From: Saccostrea cucullata
Lineage: Eukaryota
Assembly (NCBI RefSeq): GCF_032062105.1
Contig: NW_026938938.1
Coordinates: 744,001 to 808,000 of the forward strand
Reading direction: 5' to 3'
DNA length: 64,000 nt
The notes below the pieces were generated by a model. That model searched no databases, was not told the DNA's origin, and saw nothing but the letters and a program-made list of their open reading frames with translations. Positions 22,846 through 34,800 of the stretch are shown in pieces; within the stretch, counting starts at the first letter, position 1, and each line of letters opens with the position of its first letter. A program made the translations under genes and the position numbers.

Positions 22846-25800
22846 TCACTTTTTATCACAGGCCTGATTATGGTAGTACACCGAACTCTGTTTCATTGGA
22901 GGACTCTCAGGATCCTGTAATAAATCAAAGATTGACACAAAATATTAAAATGGTTTCTAATATCTCTTCAAATTCTGATGAATTGTATCTAAAATGACCC
23001 TTTATCAAGTTCTCTTGATTAGTCTGAGATTGTAATGTACTTACACTAGTATTCAAGGTTGTAAAATTCTTTTCTTGTTGGCCTTTCCTCTTTCGATACT
23101 AAGAAAAAATAAATGAAAAAAATTGTTACTGACAGAAATTAAGGAGTTTTTTGCATCCAATATATACCAAAAAAACATTAAGGTAAATTTTACAAAAATT
23201 TTTTTACAAAAAACTTACAACAATGAATGCCACAATGGCTATCAGAACAACAACACAAATGACAACTACGACAACTATAGTTGTTGTTGCACTTTCATCT
23301 TTTTCTGCTGTGGGGGATTTAGAAATATCTCCTGATGTCTGAGCTTGGAAGGTAAAGGTGGTTTTAGTCTCTGGTTCTGCTGTTATGGTCTGGCCTTCAA
23401 ACCTCATGTCCAGTCCATTGTTTACCTGATGTAGAAATTTAATTATAATGTACATTCAAATAATAACTGAACCTTCTGCTCAGAATTAAATATTTTATAA
23501 TTTGAAAAATTAAACTTTAAAATTTTGTTTGTTACTTTTTTTTTCCATCTGACATGAGATAATATGAATATGGTTATTTCTCTAGACCTATCACTTTTTC
23601 CTCTAAAAATACTTATCTTTGACTTACCTCATTTTCCAATACATTCACTAGACTTCCTATGTCTTCTGGTTCTGAGTTTTCAGATGTTTGTCCAAACTCA
23701 ATATCAACATATACACTGCCTTTTCTTATCTACAAAAATAAAAAAAATCATTGACTTACATATGCATAACTAACATATAACATATACAGTTGTTTACCTC
23801 TTCGAATATCCACAAACAAAAATAACTTTCCTGGTCTCATAACAAACACACTCTGTCCATCAGCACTTACTTTTATTGTCTTGATATGTTGGATCATTTT
23901 GGGTGATATTTCCTTTAATTTGTCAATCACAACCCTAAAGAAAAGATCAAGTCAGAATTATAAACATAAAGATTAGTGACATATGCTTATACATGTATAG
24001 GTATCTCTAAGACTGTTGGTAATTAAAACATAAGTTTTCAGGCATATCAATATTTAAATTTCTAATTTAATTATTTACTTTGAATCAACACAGGTCATTA
24101 AAATATTTCTTAAATAACAGAAATAATTTTTTACCCTTTAAGCTTTTCTTCTTTTCCTTTGACATACACATCATAATCCAACTTGAATAGCAATGATACC
24201 ATGGCAGACACTGTTTTATTGTGGCCTAAAATTGAATATACACATATAAAATACACATACAGCAATGGACCACAGTTTTTAGTACTTTTCTGTCATTAAA
24301 ATTTTGAGTACTTACTGCAGCCGATATTTTGAGCTGGACCCGAGACCTTTCTCTCTGATCCTGTTAGTTTGTTTCCGAGGCCGTCCACACACCAGCACCT
24401 GTCGGAGGCCGCGTCACACTGCTGGGGAGAGAACTCCCCCTTCACGTCACACACAGATATCGGTACAGACTCTGATACCTTATAATTATACATCTCCTTC
24501 ATCAAAGCTTTGCGCTTTTCTTGTGATCTTCTCAGCTGGCAAAGTGGGGTTACTATAAGATTGATAAAGACCATTGCATGTAGTTGGTAATTCTCAGAAG
24601 TGTAAGATTTAATTTCATGAGGATAATTAAGGTATATTTAAACAAGAAAATGCTCTCTTTGTTAATAAGCGAATAAAAATTTATATATTTATTACTTTTT
24701 TTCTGTTTGCTATTTCCTCAAGATATGAATCATATTATGTACAATATATGACAATACCAGAATCACAGTTCACAGGAACATTGGAAACCAGGTCAAAGAA
24801 CATGACTTCACAGGTGCATGGGTGAATCTGACACTGAGCGGCAGGAAATCGACGACACACCTGATCTGAACAGCTGGTGACGCAACTTTTAGGTCCACCT
24901 CCATTACAGATGGCACCTTAAAGAGTATAATGTATGTATTAATCTCCACCTAAAGATTATTATATGGCTACTTAACTGCTTTTAATTTTTTAAAAATTAT
25001 ACCTACATACAGGATTAAATAGTTAGATGTACACTCTCAGTAAATCTTTGGATCTACTCCTCTGTGACCTACCTATACATTTAGATCTACACTCCCACTG
25101 ACTTTTGTAATAAATATCTTCCCCATCACACGAAGAGAACAGAAAATGTTCACACTCCTTGGCCTGAGCATCAAACACCCATCGTTGTTCCAGATTTCCA
25201 CAGCCTTGTTTATTGCGGGACGTGGAAATGGGCTTCTTCAGTGCACATTTATCAACTACAAAATTTATCAGGATAAAATATTTTTCAACACTATGGTGAA
25301 ACAGTCAATTTTCACAAGGATATAGGAATGCACATTAAATATAAAATTTTGACATATTTACTACAAAAATTGCATATTGATATTGTATGAGATAATAGTT
25401 AAAGTAAGAGCTGGTTACCATTGCATGTGACTGGCTTGTTATTTGTGTCCACAAAGGAGACCTTGCACTTATTACAGGGGTCTACCACACAGGTGACGTC
25501 ACTCCTACCCTCACATTTAGCTGTATCGCACTCATTTTTATCACACAGCACTGGGGCACTGCCATCAGCACATACTGAAATATAGAATATGGTTACAGAG
25601 GGTACTCAATATTATATTGTCATTTCCTAAAGCTTGTAACTTCTAGTGCAAGATATTCTGAGTAATCATGATTTTTATATTTCTTTAACTATAGTGGTTA
25701 AACATACCTGGAACTCTGGAGGCATCACTGGTGTCAGTTACCCCTGTCACTGAAGAAAAGAAGAGAAGGGTTACTTTAAAATTTAAATACAAAATAAAAT

Positions 25801-28800
25801 ATTTTTCATAAGGGACCTGAGTATTCCTAAAACCGTCTACCTGATTTATAATGGATGGTTGCCCACGCTCATTACCTGATTTATACCAGGATGGTTTGCC
25901 CACTCTCATTCAATACCTGATTTATAACAGGATGGTTTGCCCACACTCATTTAATACCTGATTTATAACAGGGCAGTTTGCCCACTCTCATTACCTGATT
26001 TATAACAGGGCAGTTTGCCCACCCTCATTACCTGATTAATAACAGGGCAGTTTGCCCACTCTCATTACCTGATTTATAACAGGATGGTTTGCCCACTCTC
26101 ATTTAATTATAACAGGGCGGTTTGCCCATTTTCATTACCTGATTTATAACAGGGCGGTTTGCCCACCCTCATTACCTGATTTATAACAGGGCAGTTTGCC
26201 CACTCTCATTACCTGATTTATAACAGGGCAGTTTGCCCACCCTCATTACCTGATTTATAACAGGATGGTTTGCCCACTCTCATTTAATTATAACAGGGCG
26301 GTTTGCCCATTTTCATTACCTGATTTATAACAGGGCGGTTTGCCCACCCTCATTACCTGATTTATAACAGGGCAATTTGCCCACTCTTATTACCTGATTT
26401 ATAACAGGGTGGTTTGCCCACTCTCATGGTGTTGGGCTTCATGACCCCGATATCATCTACACACCAACACAGAGATCCCTGACACTGCATCTCAGCAAAC
26501 CGTCCGTCGTCCAAACAATCCGGCACAAAGTTACCATTCACCACAGGCGGGACTTTATCAGCTGTGAAAATGTCAATACAGGAACATTAATGACGAAACT
26601 GCTAGCTCAAAATGATACAGTATAATATTCAGCATTAATTTCTAAATGTATCATTCTTTTTGTGATTCAGTTACATATAAATTGCATCTATTGTAAATTA
26701 GTTGTATTTTCCAGAGTTGTTGAAAACTTTTTCAGATAGCCAGTCATTCGGACTGACAAGAAAACAAACTAAGCTGCTCCTCTTTTTTTTTTTGTCAGTC
26801 CGAAATAGTAAGTCGCAAAATGGAAAAAAGCATAACATTTATTCATTTTATAACACATCTATTTAATAAATAATGTTGTTAATAAAACAAAATTCAGTCT
26901 CCATTTCCAAGTACTCTTCCGTTTTCTTTAATTTTGCATTCATAACAATACGAGATACAATTATACCACCACTTTTTGGCAGATGACAATGCTAACTCAG
27001 TACAGTCAATGTAATTTTTTGAAACATTTATACATTTTGGAATTATATTAACCTAGAAAATGGGTCTAAAAATTCTTTGCATTGATAATCTGATAATAAA
27101 GATATCAACACGATCGGAGAAAAAACGAAAATCCTGGACAGTCGGAAATACTAGGTTAAATGCTTTCTCCACCTGTGCTTGAATTCTTTCTGTTGAAATT
27201 TTTCATATTTAGCTCGTCTTTATCTTAAGTTTTTCTTTAATATGTTTTCTACCTAGCTCGGCCCCAGTTGTGAATTTAATAGGTCACGAGAACCATGCTA
27301 GTTTCGCTTTCATTTACAGCCTCGATCTCGTTTAAAGAAAAAATATTACGTAATCGCATATAAGGTACGATAATTAAGATGGGAAATGCACAAAACAAAA
27401 AACTTTAACCAAATAAGGAGCCGGTCATTTGGACCGACATTGATAGCATTTTTACCGGTCATGCGAATTTTAAGCCGGTTTTGCTGGCATGACTGACAGT
27501 TACCCACAACTCTGATTTTCCCCATATCCTTCATGTAAAATAGGTTATAAAAGCTATTTTCTGTAATCACAGGGTATTGATGAACAACCTATTTTATATT
27601 GTTTTAAAGGTAATCTTATTATTCTTGTATACAAATAAAACATAATGGCAATACAGTTAACAGTTTTTAAAAAGTCTAATGACACAATCACCTTATTTAT
27701 TAGGATAAGGATTACTTCTGAGCAAATTCCTAAGTTCATGAGGAAAATAGTATGTCTTTGAGTATTGTGTCATCTGACCTTGAGCAATAACTTCATCAAA
27801 TTAAGAAGAGAGGTTTGACTTACAGATACACTTTGCCTCAGTGTCACTGACAGGTAAACAAATGGTGCCTGCTGCACATCGGATTTTCTGAAATGAAAGT
27901 AAAAAGCATGCATAACTGCTTTCAATTGCTAAAAATCTCAACCTAAGAGTTTTAAATAATAATATTGCCTACATTTGAGTATATTTACATTTTTTATGCT
28001 TGGTCAAAAAACTAGCATTATGTTTTCTTTCAACAGGGAAGAAGAAAGAAATAATTGATGGCCTTTTAAGTTTAATTCCAGTCACATTCAGCAATGTTTG
28101 GCTGAAAATTTAGTAAAAATTAGCTGAATGGTTCTGTACAAAAAGGAAAGTTTATGGGCTGTATTATGTATATATACATACAGACATTCATAATGTACAG
28201 GTCAAAATGTTCATTGAGCCTATTGTTTGAAATAAGAATGAAATATCTTACCTCACATGGAGCAGCCTGCACATCTCTAGAGCCTGTAAGAAATCAGGTT
28301 GACAATACACAAAAGCATTAGAATTTCAGTATCTCAATCATTGATATTAAGCTCTCTTTCTGACCAATTTCAGATCAAACAATTATTGTATTTATGCTCA
28401 TAAATCTTTTAGTTTGTATGTGATTGTTGTGTACATAATAAAGCTTCATTCCTTTAACAGTACATGTATCTTAATTGTTCCATTGACAAGATAATCATTA
28501 TTAATACTTACTACAGGTACTGAGACACTGTGTGAGGGTTAAGAAACGGTTCCTGTTCCCTTCACATCCCCCATAGTAAAACTTCTCACACTTGTTGCTG
28601 GTAACGTTATAGAAGTACATGGGGATTCGGGCCCGGCATCTGCCTGTATCTGGGTCAGGAAGGCACTGAGGGGGAAGTCCAGCTAAAAGCAAGAGGAACT
28701 CAACATGTAGAGTACGTGGAATCAAAATACACTACCTTTTACATAAAGAAGCATTTTACTCAGGTAGATATTAAAAGAAGATACACTATTGTTGTTATTA

Positions 28801-31800
28801 AGGCAAGAACAACAATTTAGCTGTAAACAGACACAGCTGGGATTTTTTCACTTCTAATTAATTGTATACATATTCAGTACACATAATGATCTTTACTTAT
28901 GTAGAGTAGATCACCATTAGGGTGAACAAACATATAAGAATGTCAAGCTTTCATTCCTTGAAGTTTCAAAATGTATTAAGAACTCTACTAGATACAGAAT
29001 TTTTCAAAAAGAATTAAATTTTTCATTCCTGGAACTTCACCGTCAGCTTTTATACCGTATACTTTTTTCTTTATATTACTTTATATCTAAATTACTTTAC
29101 ATTTTACCTTTTGAGCAAGCCCTCTCACAAGCTTTCTGAGACCCGAAGTTGTTTTCATTGCCTTTACATCCTCCATACACAAACTGTTCACACCTGTTAC
29201 TGGTGGAATTGTAAAAGTGTCGGATCATACGACCCTTACATGGTCCAGTCACAGGGCGGTGGGCACAGGCTGCCTGGTGGGGCAATACTGGGGAAGGAGC
29301 AGGATAAAATAATGGATTAGCAAAATCAATCATAATTGCTATGCTTGGATCTAATATTTTGCTTTCCTTACTTTTAAATCTCAGAAATGTTTTTTTTGTT
29401 TGCTGTTGTTTTAAATTCCAACAACATTTTTCTTAAGCATTTTAAAGTTTTATCAATAGATTCTTACCACTAATAGGAACCTGGCATTTATTGAGACAAC
29501 ATTTACTGGTTCCTTGACAATCTTCGTCTGAGGTACAGTCCTGAGTCAGAGCCTTGACAGCCTTAGGATGTAATCCTAGACACTCCCCGGCCTTACCAGA
29601 GGATATCACTCCTACAAACAATCAAATCAAACAAAATCTGTAGGATGTAATCCTAGACACTCCCCAGCCTTACCAGAGGATATCACTCCTACAAACAATC
29701 AAATCAAACAAAATCTGTAGGATGTAATCCTAGACACTCTCCAGCCTTACCAGAGGATATCACTCCTACAAACAATTAAATCAAACAAAACCTGAAGGAT
29801 GTAATCCTAGACACTCTCCAGCCTTACCAGAGGATAACACTCCTACAAACAATTAAATCAAACAAAATCTGTAGGCAGACCTGCCAACCAAAATTGATGC
29901 TGTGGGGGGTCATGACCCAACATTCAGAATTGAAATGTTGGGTCATAGCGCACGGCGACATTTTTGTTGAGGTTTGAGTAACAAAATGCTCCCAATTTTT
30001 AGGCATCAATGCAAACAGTAAAACACATGCATGTATATGTTATATTTTATTGCAGACTTAATTTTTACTTAGGACAGGTTACTTAAAATTGCTTGTATAA
30101 GAACACTTTCAGATTGATAGTAAGATTCAGATACTTTTTGTTCAATAGAATTTTTGCAAAGTTTTAAAAATTTAAAAAGTTTCTGGGAAACATTTGTTAG
30201 ATTCTACATTAATTTTCAACATATTACACAATCAGAAAATTGTAATTAGACATTACATTGAAAGATTAATATTGAAAAATTGCTGATGCATGGGGTGGTG
30301 GTATATAAGAAATATGTGCCATCTAATTTCCTATTATTAATTTTAAAACACACACAAAAAAAAATTAAATGAATCAAATACTACAAAATAAATTATGAAG
30401 GATACCTAACACCCTAAACAAAAACTTAAAATCATTAGAGTCATGATGTGACTGACAAGTGGGTTTTCCCTTGTCATAGCCATTTAACAAAGAAACACGA
30501 CATACAATACTACATTTTAGGAGGGGGGGGGGGAGAAATTCAATATACTTCACTTTAGACTCTTTTGCTTTATCTTAATTAATATCATTTTCTTATAACC
30601 ACTACACTTAACAATTATTTCAATATACGAGAGCTGATAAAATCAGCTGTTATCAGTTATGCTTTGTAGTTTCGTTTTTTTTACTTTCGTTTTTAAAAAA
30701 CGATCCCAATGTTTATCATATCATTGTATTTAATTAATATCTGTTTTTAATAAAATGATATTTAATTAACCTCTAAATCTATGTTGTTCACCATGCATAT
30801 ACCCCTTCAAATGGTTACGTAATTAATCCCCTAAATGCTCCAGGCATATTACCTGTACAGCTGTGTCATTCTGCGATCAAGCGTGAAGTGATTTCCTGTG
30901 GCTAATTAACAGTTTTTTTAACACCTCGGCAAACAAAGATACTAATCTGTGTGCATTGAATAAACAAAATATTCATATCCTGATTTATAAAACACAAATC
31001 GGAAATTTTAGGATGAATTTTCAGATCTTTCTTGTTGAGACAAATATGCTTAATTAATATTGGGTCAAAAAATTGGGATGATCGATTTTGCGGGTGAAAA
31101 CAATGACACGCCGCGGGTCATTATGAGTGGGGGGTGAGAGGTCAATTTTGCGGGTGTGACCCACCGAATGCGGGTCACTTGGCAGGTCTGCTGTAGGATG
31201 TAGTCATAGACACTCCCCGGTCTTACCAGAGGATATCACTCCTACAATCAAATAAAATCAAACAAAATCTGTAGGATGTAATCCCAAACACTCCCCAGTG
31301 TTACCAGAGGATATCACTCCTACAAACAATTAAATCAAACAAAACCTGTAGGATGTAGTCATAGACACTCCCCGGTCTTACCAGAGGATATCACTCCTAC
31401 AATCAAATAAAATCAAACAAAACCTGTAGAATGTAGTCATAGACACTCCCCGGTCTTACCAGAGAATATCATTCCTACAAACAAACAAAATCTGTAGGAT
31501 GTAATCCTAGACATTCTCCAGCCTTACCATAGGATATCACTCCTACAAACAATCAGGTGACATAACAATGTCTTACATATGATAATTCCAATAAAAACTA
31601 ACTGATTCTATCATTCCTAGCCACTTTTAAGTTATGTTATATTAATTAAATTTCAGAGTAAAGTCTTGAGGTACATGTAAAAAAGCAATTTGCCAACACT
31701 GAGAGCTTACTTTCTGCAGTTGGTAGGACAACCTGCTTCTTTGATTTAACTTGTCCCAGGTATTGCTTAGTGAATCCTACATCTGTGTCCATCCAAAATG

Positions 31801-34800
31801 TGCTCAAAGAAAGGGCCTTCAATCTCATCTTCTCACATCTACTTAAACCTACAAAGGACCAAATTTCAGCATTCTATACAGTTGTATGGAAGACTACCTT
31901 GAACTTAAAGAAAAGTCATGATAAGTTTTTTGTGTACAAAAAAAAAAAGAAAAAATCTAAATATTACCAGAAAAACAGTTGACGAGTGTGTTTTTGTCGT
32001 CGTAGAACTCAGCCTTACAATCACCACATGGGTTGATGCGACATTGAGCTGAGGGATTAGCAGGACAGGAATGGTGGACACATAGGTCCAACTTACAGCA
32101 CTTCGGAGCAGATCCATTAGGGCACACTGGAACAAAGGAAATCCATCTCATACATTTAACTACATGTATATATTTTTTTCCCTTAAATGTTTTGCTCATA
32201 AGTTCATGATAAGTTATTGAATTCAAAATATCTGTTCTTTTCTGACAGTAAATTTTGTCATTCTCCAAAAATAATATGTTTTTAACAGTCCAACTTAATC
32301 AGTTTTAATAAATTTTTATTTATGCAACTTAATTCATGATCAACCTGAGTTCAGACAAATCTGTTTCAATAACACATCCAATCTAATATATCACTAGGTA
32401 ATGGTGCTTTTTGAAAGGTATTCTTGTTTATCTTCCAACCAAGTATGATAAGTAATTTATGTATTTCCCATAGGTAGTTTTCTGGTGATTTTTACCTGTA
32501 TTGATAGGGAGGGGACAGCAGTGGCCCCCCTCACAGGACCAGGTTACCTCCCCACAATCTGCGTCCTTTACACAGGTCATTGACTTGTTGTCCATCATCT
32601 TCACCATTCCGTTATTGGGGCACACAGAAATAGAACCTGAAAATTAGAAAATAAGCACAAACTGTAATATCTATTATCTCCAGTTGTGAACAGATGATAA
32701 GAAAGTTGATACTTTCATAATTGATATATTCTTTTTCTTTATAAACTTGACTGTAATATTAAAGGTGTGTGTACCCGGTTGAGAACAGCAGTATCCCTCA
32801 TTGCAATAATAAGCCCCTTTCCCTGACCCCTGACATTCTATGTTGTCAGTGCAAAGTTTAGGCTGTTGTTTTTCATCTAATAGCAGTCCTCCATTATTGG
32901 GACACACAGCTACAACAAAAGGAATTGACATGATTTTCTAAGCTTTAGACAGAAATGTGTCTCTATTTGATATCAACAGGCTGCTTAAGACATATGCTTT
33001 TTTATTCAACAGAAGAACCTTGATTGGCATCCTTGGGACAGCAGTAGTTGTTGACACAGGAAAACTTTCCACTGGAGCCGATACATTCAAAGTCCATGCT
33101 ACATCTCTTAGGATGACCTCCATGAACCATGACATAACCTTGGTTAGGACACATTTCTGCAAAGAATGTAGAAAATTTATGTAACATAGAATTACACTGC
33201 CTTATTATTTAAATACTGTAGAAGTACTTTTTTACGCGTGGTATTAATTTACGCTCTGAACGCGGTCACAAATTTTCCGCGGAAATTTGTCCCATCCAAC
33301 TTAATGCAAATATAAGGCATATAAGGAGAGTCTTAAGATATCCGCGTAATTTTCTACCAGTGGATTGAACAGAAAAAGAGATTCCGCGGAATTATGACCC
33401 CGTGGAAAAAAGTACGTCTACAGTACCTTCACATCTAGATAATAATCACTAACAGTGTTTGAAAATTGTATGTTTTTTCCTTTGTTGTATATCGATGATT
33501 TTTGCTGAATTTTTTTTATCTTAATGGCAAACAGACAACCAGGAATTTGAAAAGAGAAAAGTTTCATAATCCAGATGAATTTTCAGTACATATAAACTGT
33601 GTTTTATGCAAAATTTTTAGTAAACCTATACCAGATAAAAGAAAATGATTTATAACATACTATTCAAAGTAAATTTCTTGGTATTCAGTGATTACAGTCA
33701 ATTCTCGAATTATCGCCATTCGATTCATCGCCATTTTCGCAATACCGCCATGCTTTCCAAAGAACGTTTTTCCTGCTATATAAAATTCTCTTTATAACGC
33801 CAAATTCGCATACCGCCATCCGCCACCCTGTTTTCACAACAAACGTCCATTTTTAAGTGTCAATTATCTCGATAATACCGCCACAGGTGCATGTGGTCAG
33901 AGAAGCGCGGCTAATTGGTTGACGGTATCCCTGTTGTTACAAAGCATGTAAAGCCAGTCAATTAAGGTACATACAATGAAATTATTAAATAAACAATAAT
34001 TTTAACATGACTGTTAGAATAATTTTGTTTTCTGTTTAATAAAACCATTTAGTCAAGGCTTCGCCTCGAAAGTTGTCGTTGTAAAGTACCGTACGCCGAA
34101 TACGATATTATTTTGATGATCTCTGCTTTCAAAACCAGTGCAAAGATTGCTTAAGAAATAATTATACGTTAGAAATTGTGAACGTTTCATTAACAACAAT
34201 GTCATAAACAATGGATTTATTCAAGAATTTCTTTTTACGTACTATGGGCAATTTATCACGACGATCGACCCAGCATATTTTTTTTCAATATTAAACGTGC
34301 CGATTTACATGCATACACATGTACTTGTCTTTATTTCATAGCTAAATATTTTGTCTTAGTGAAATTTACATAAAAATTACTTGAAGTATTTTCAAATTTA
34401 GAAATATGTTTATATATACATGTATATGTAAAAATAAGAATAGAAACGCTAAATGGTATTTCTAAGAACGATAACTCTACGTCTCATTTCCTAAAAGCTG
34501 GAAAATTCAATTCATCGCCAAATTCGTTATACCGCCGTGATTTCTAAATTACAAAAGGTGGCGGTTTATCGAGAATTAACTGTATAAGCATGGGTGCAAA
34601 TTTAGCTGTGAAAATTTATTCAGGCTACTACATAACTTCTAAAATAAACCAGAGTTAGCACCCTTCTATATGTTATTTCACTAGTTTCACATAAAGTAGA
34701 CCTTAATGCTGTTGAATACCTGTGATGAGAAGTTTTGAAGGACAGCAGTACTTGTATCCATCAATGTTAGAGCTCTGACAGCTATAGGTACTGTCCCCAC

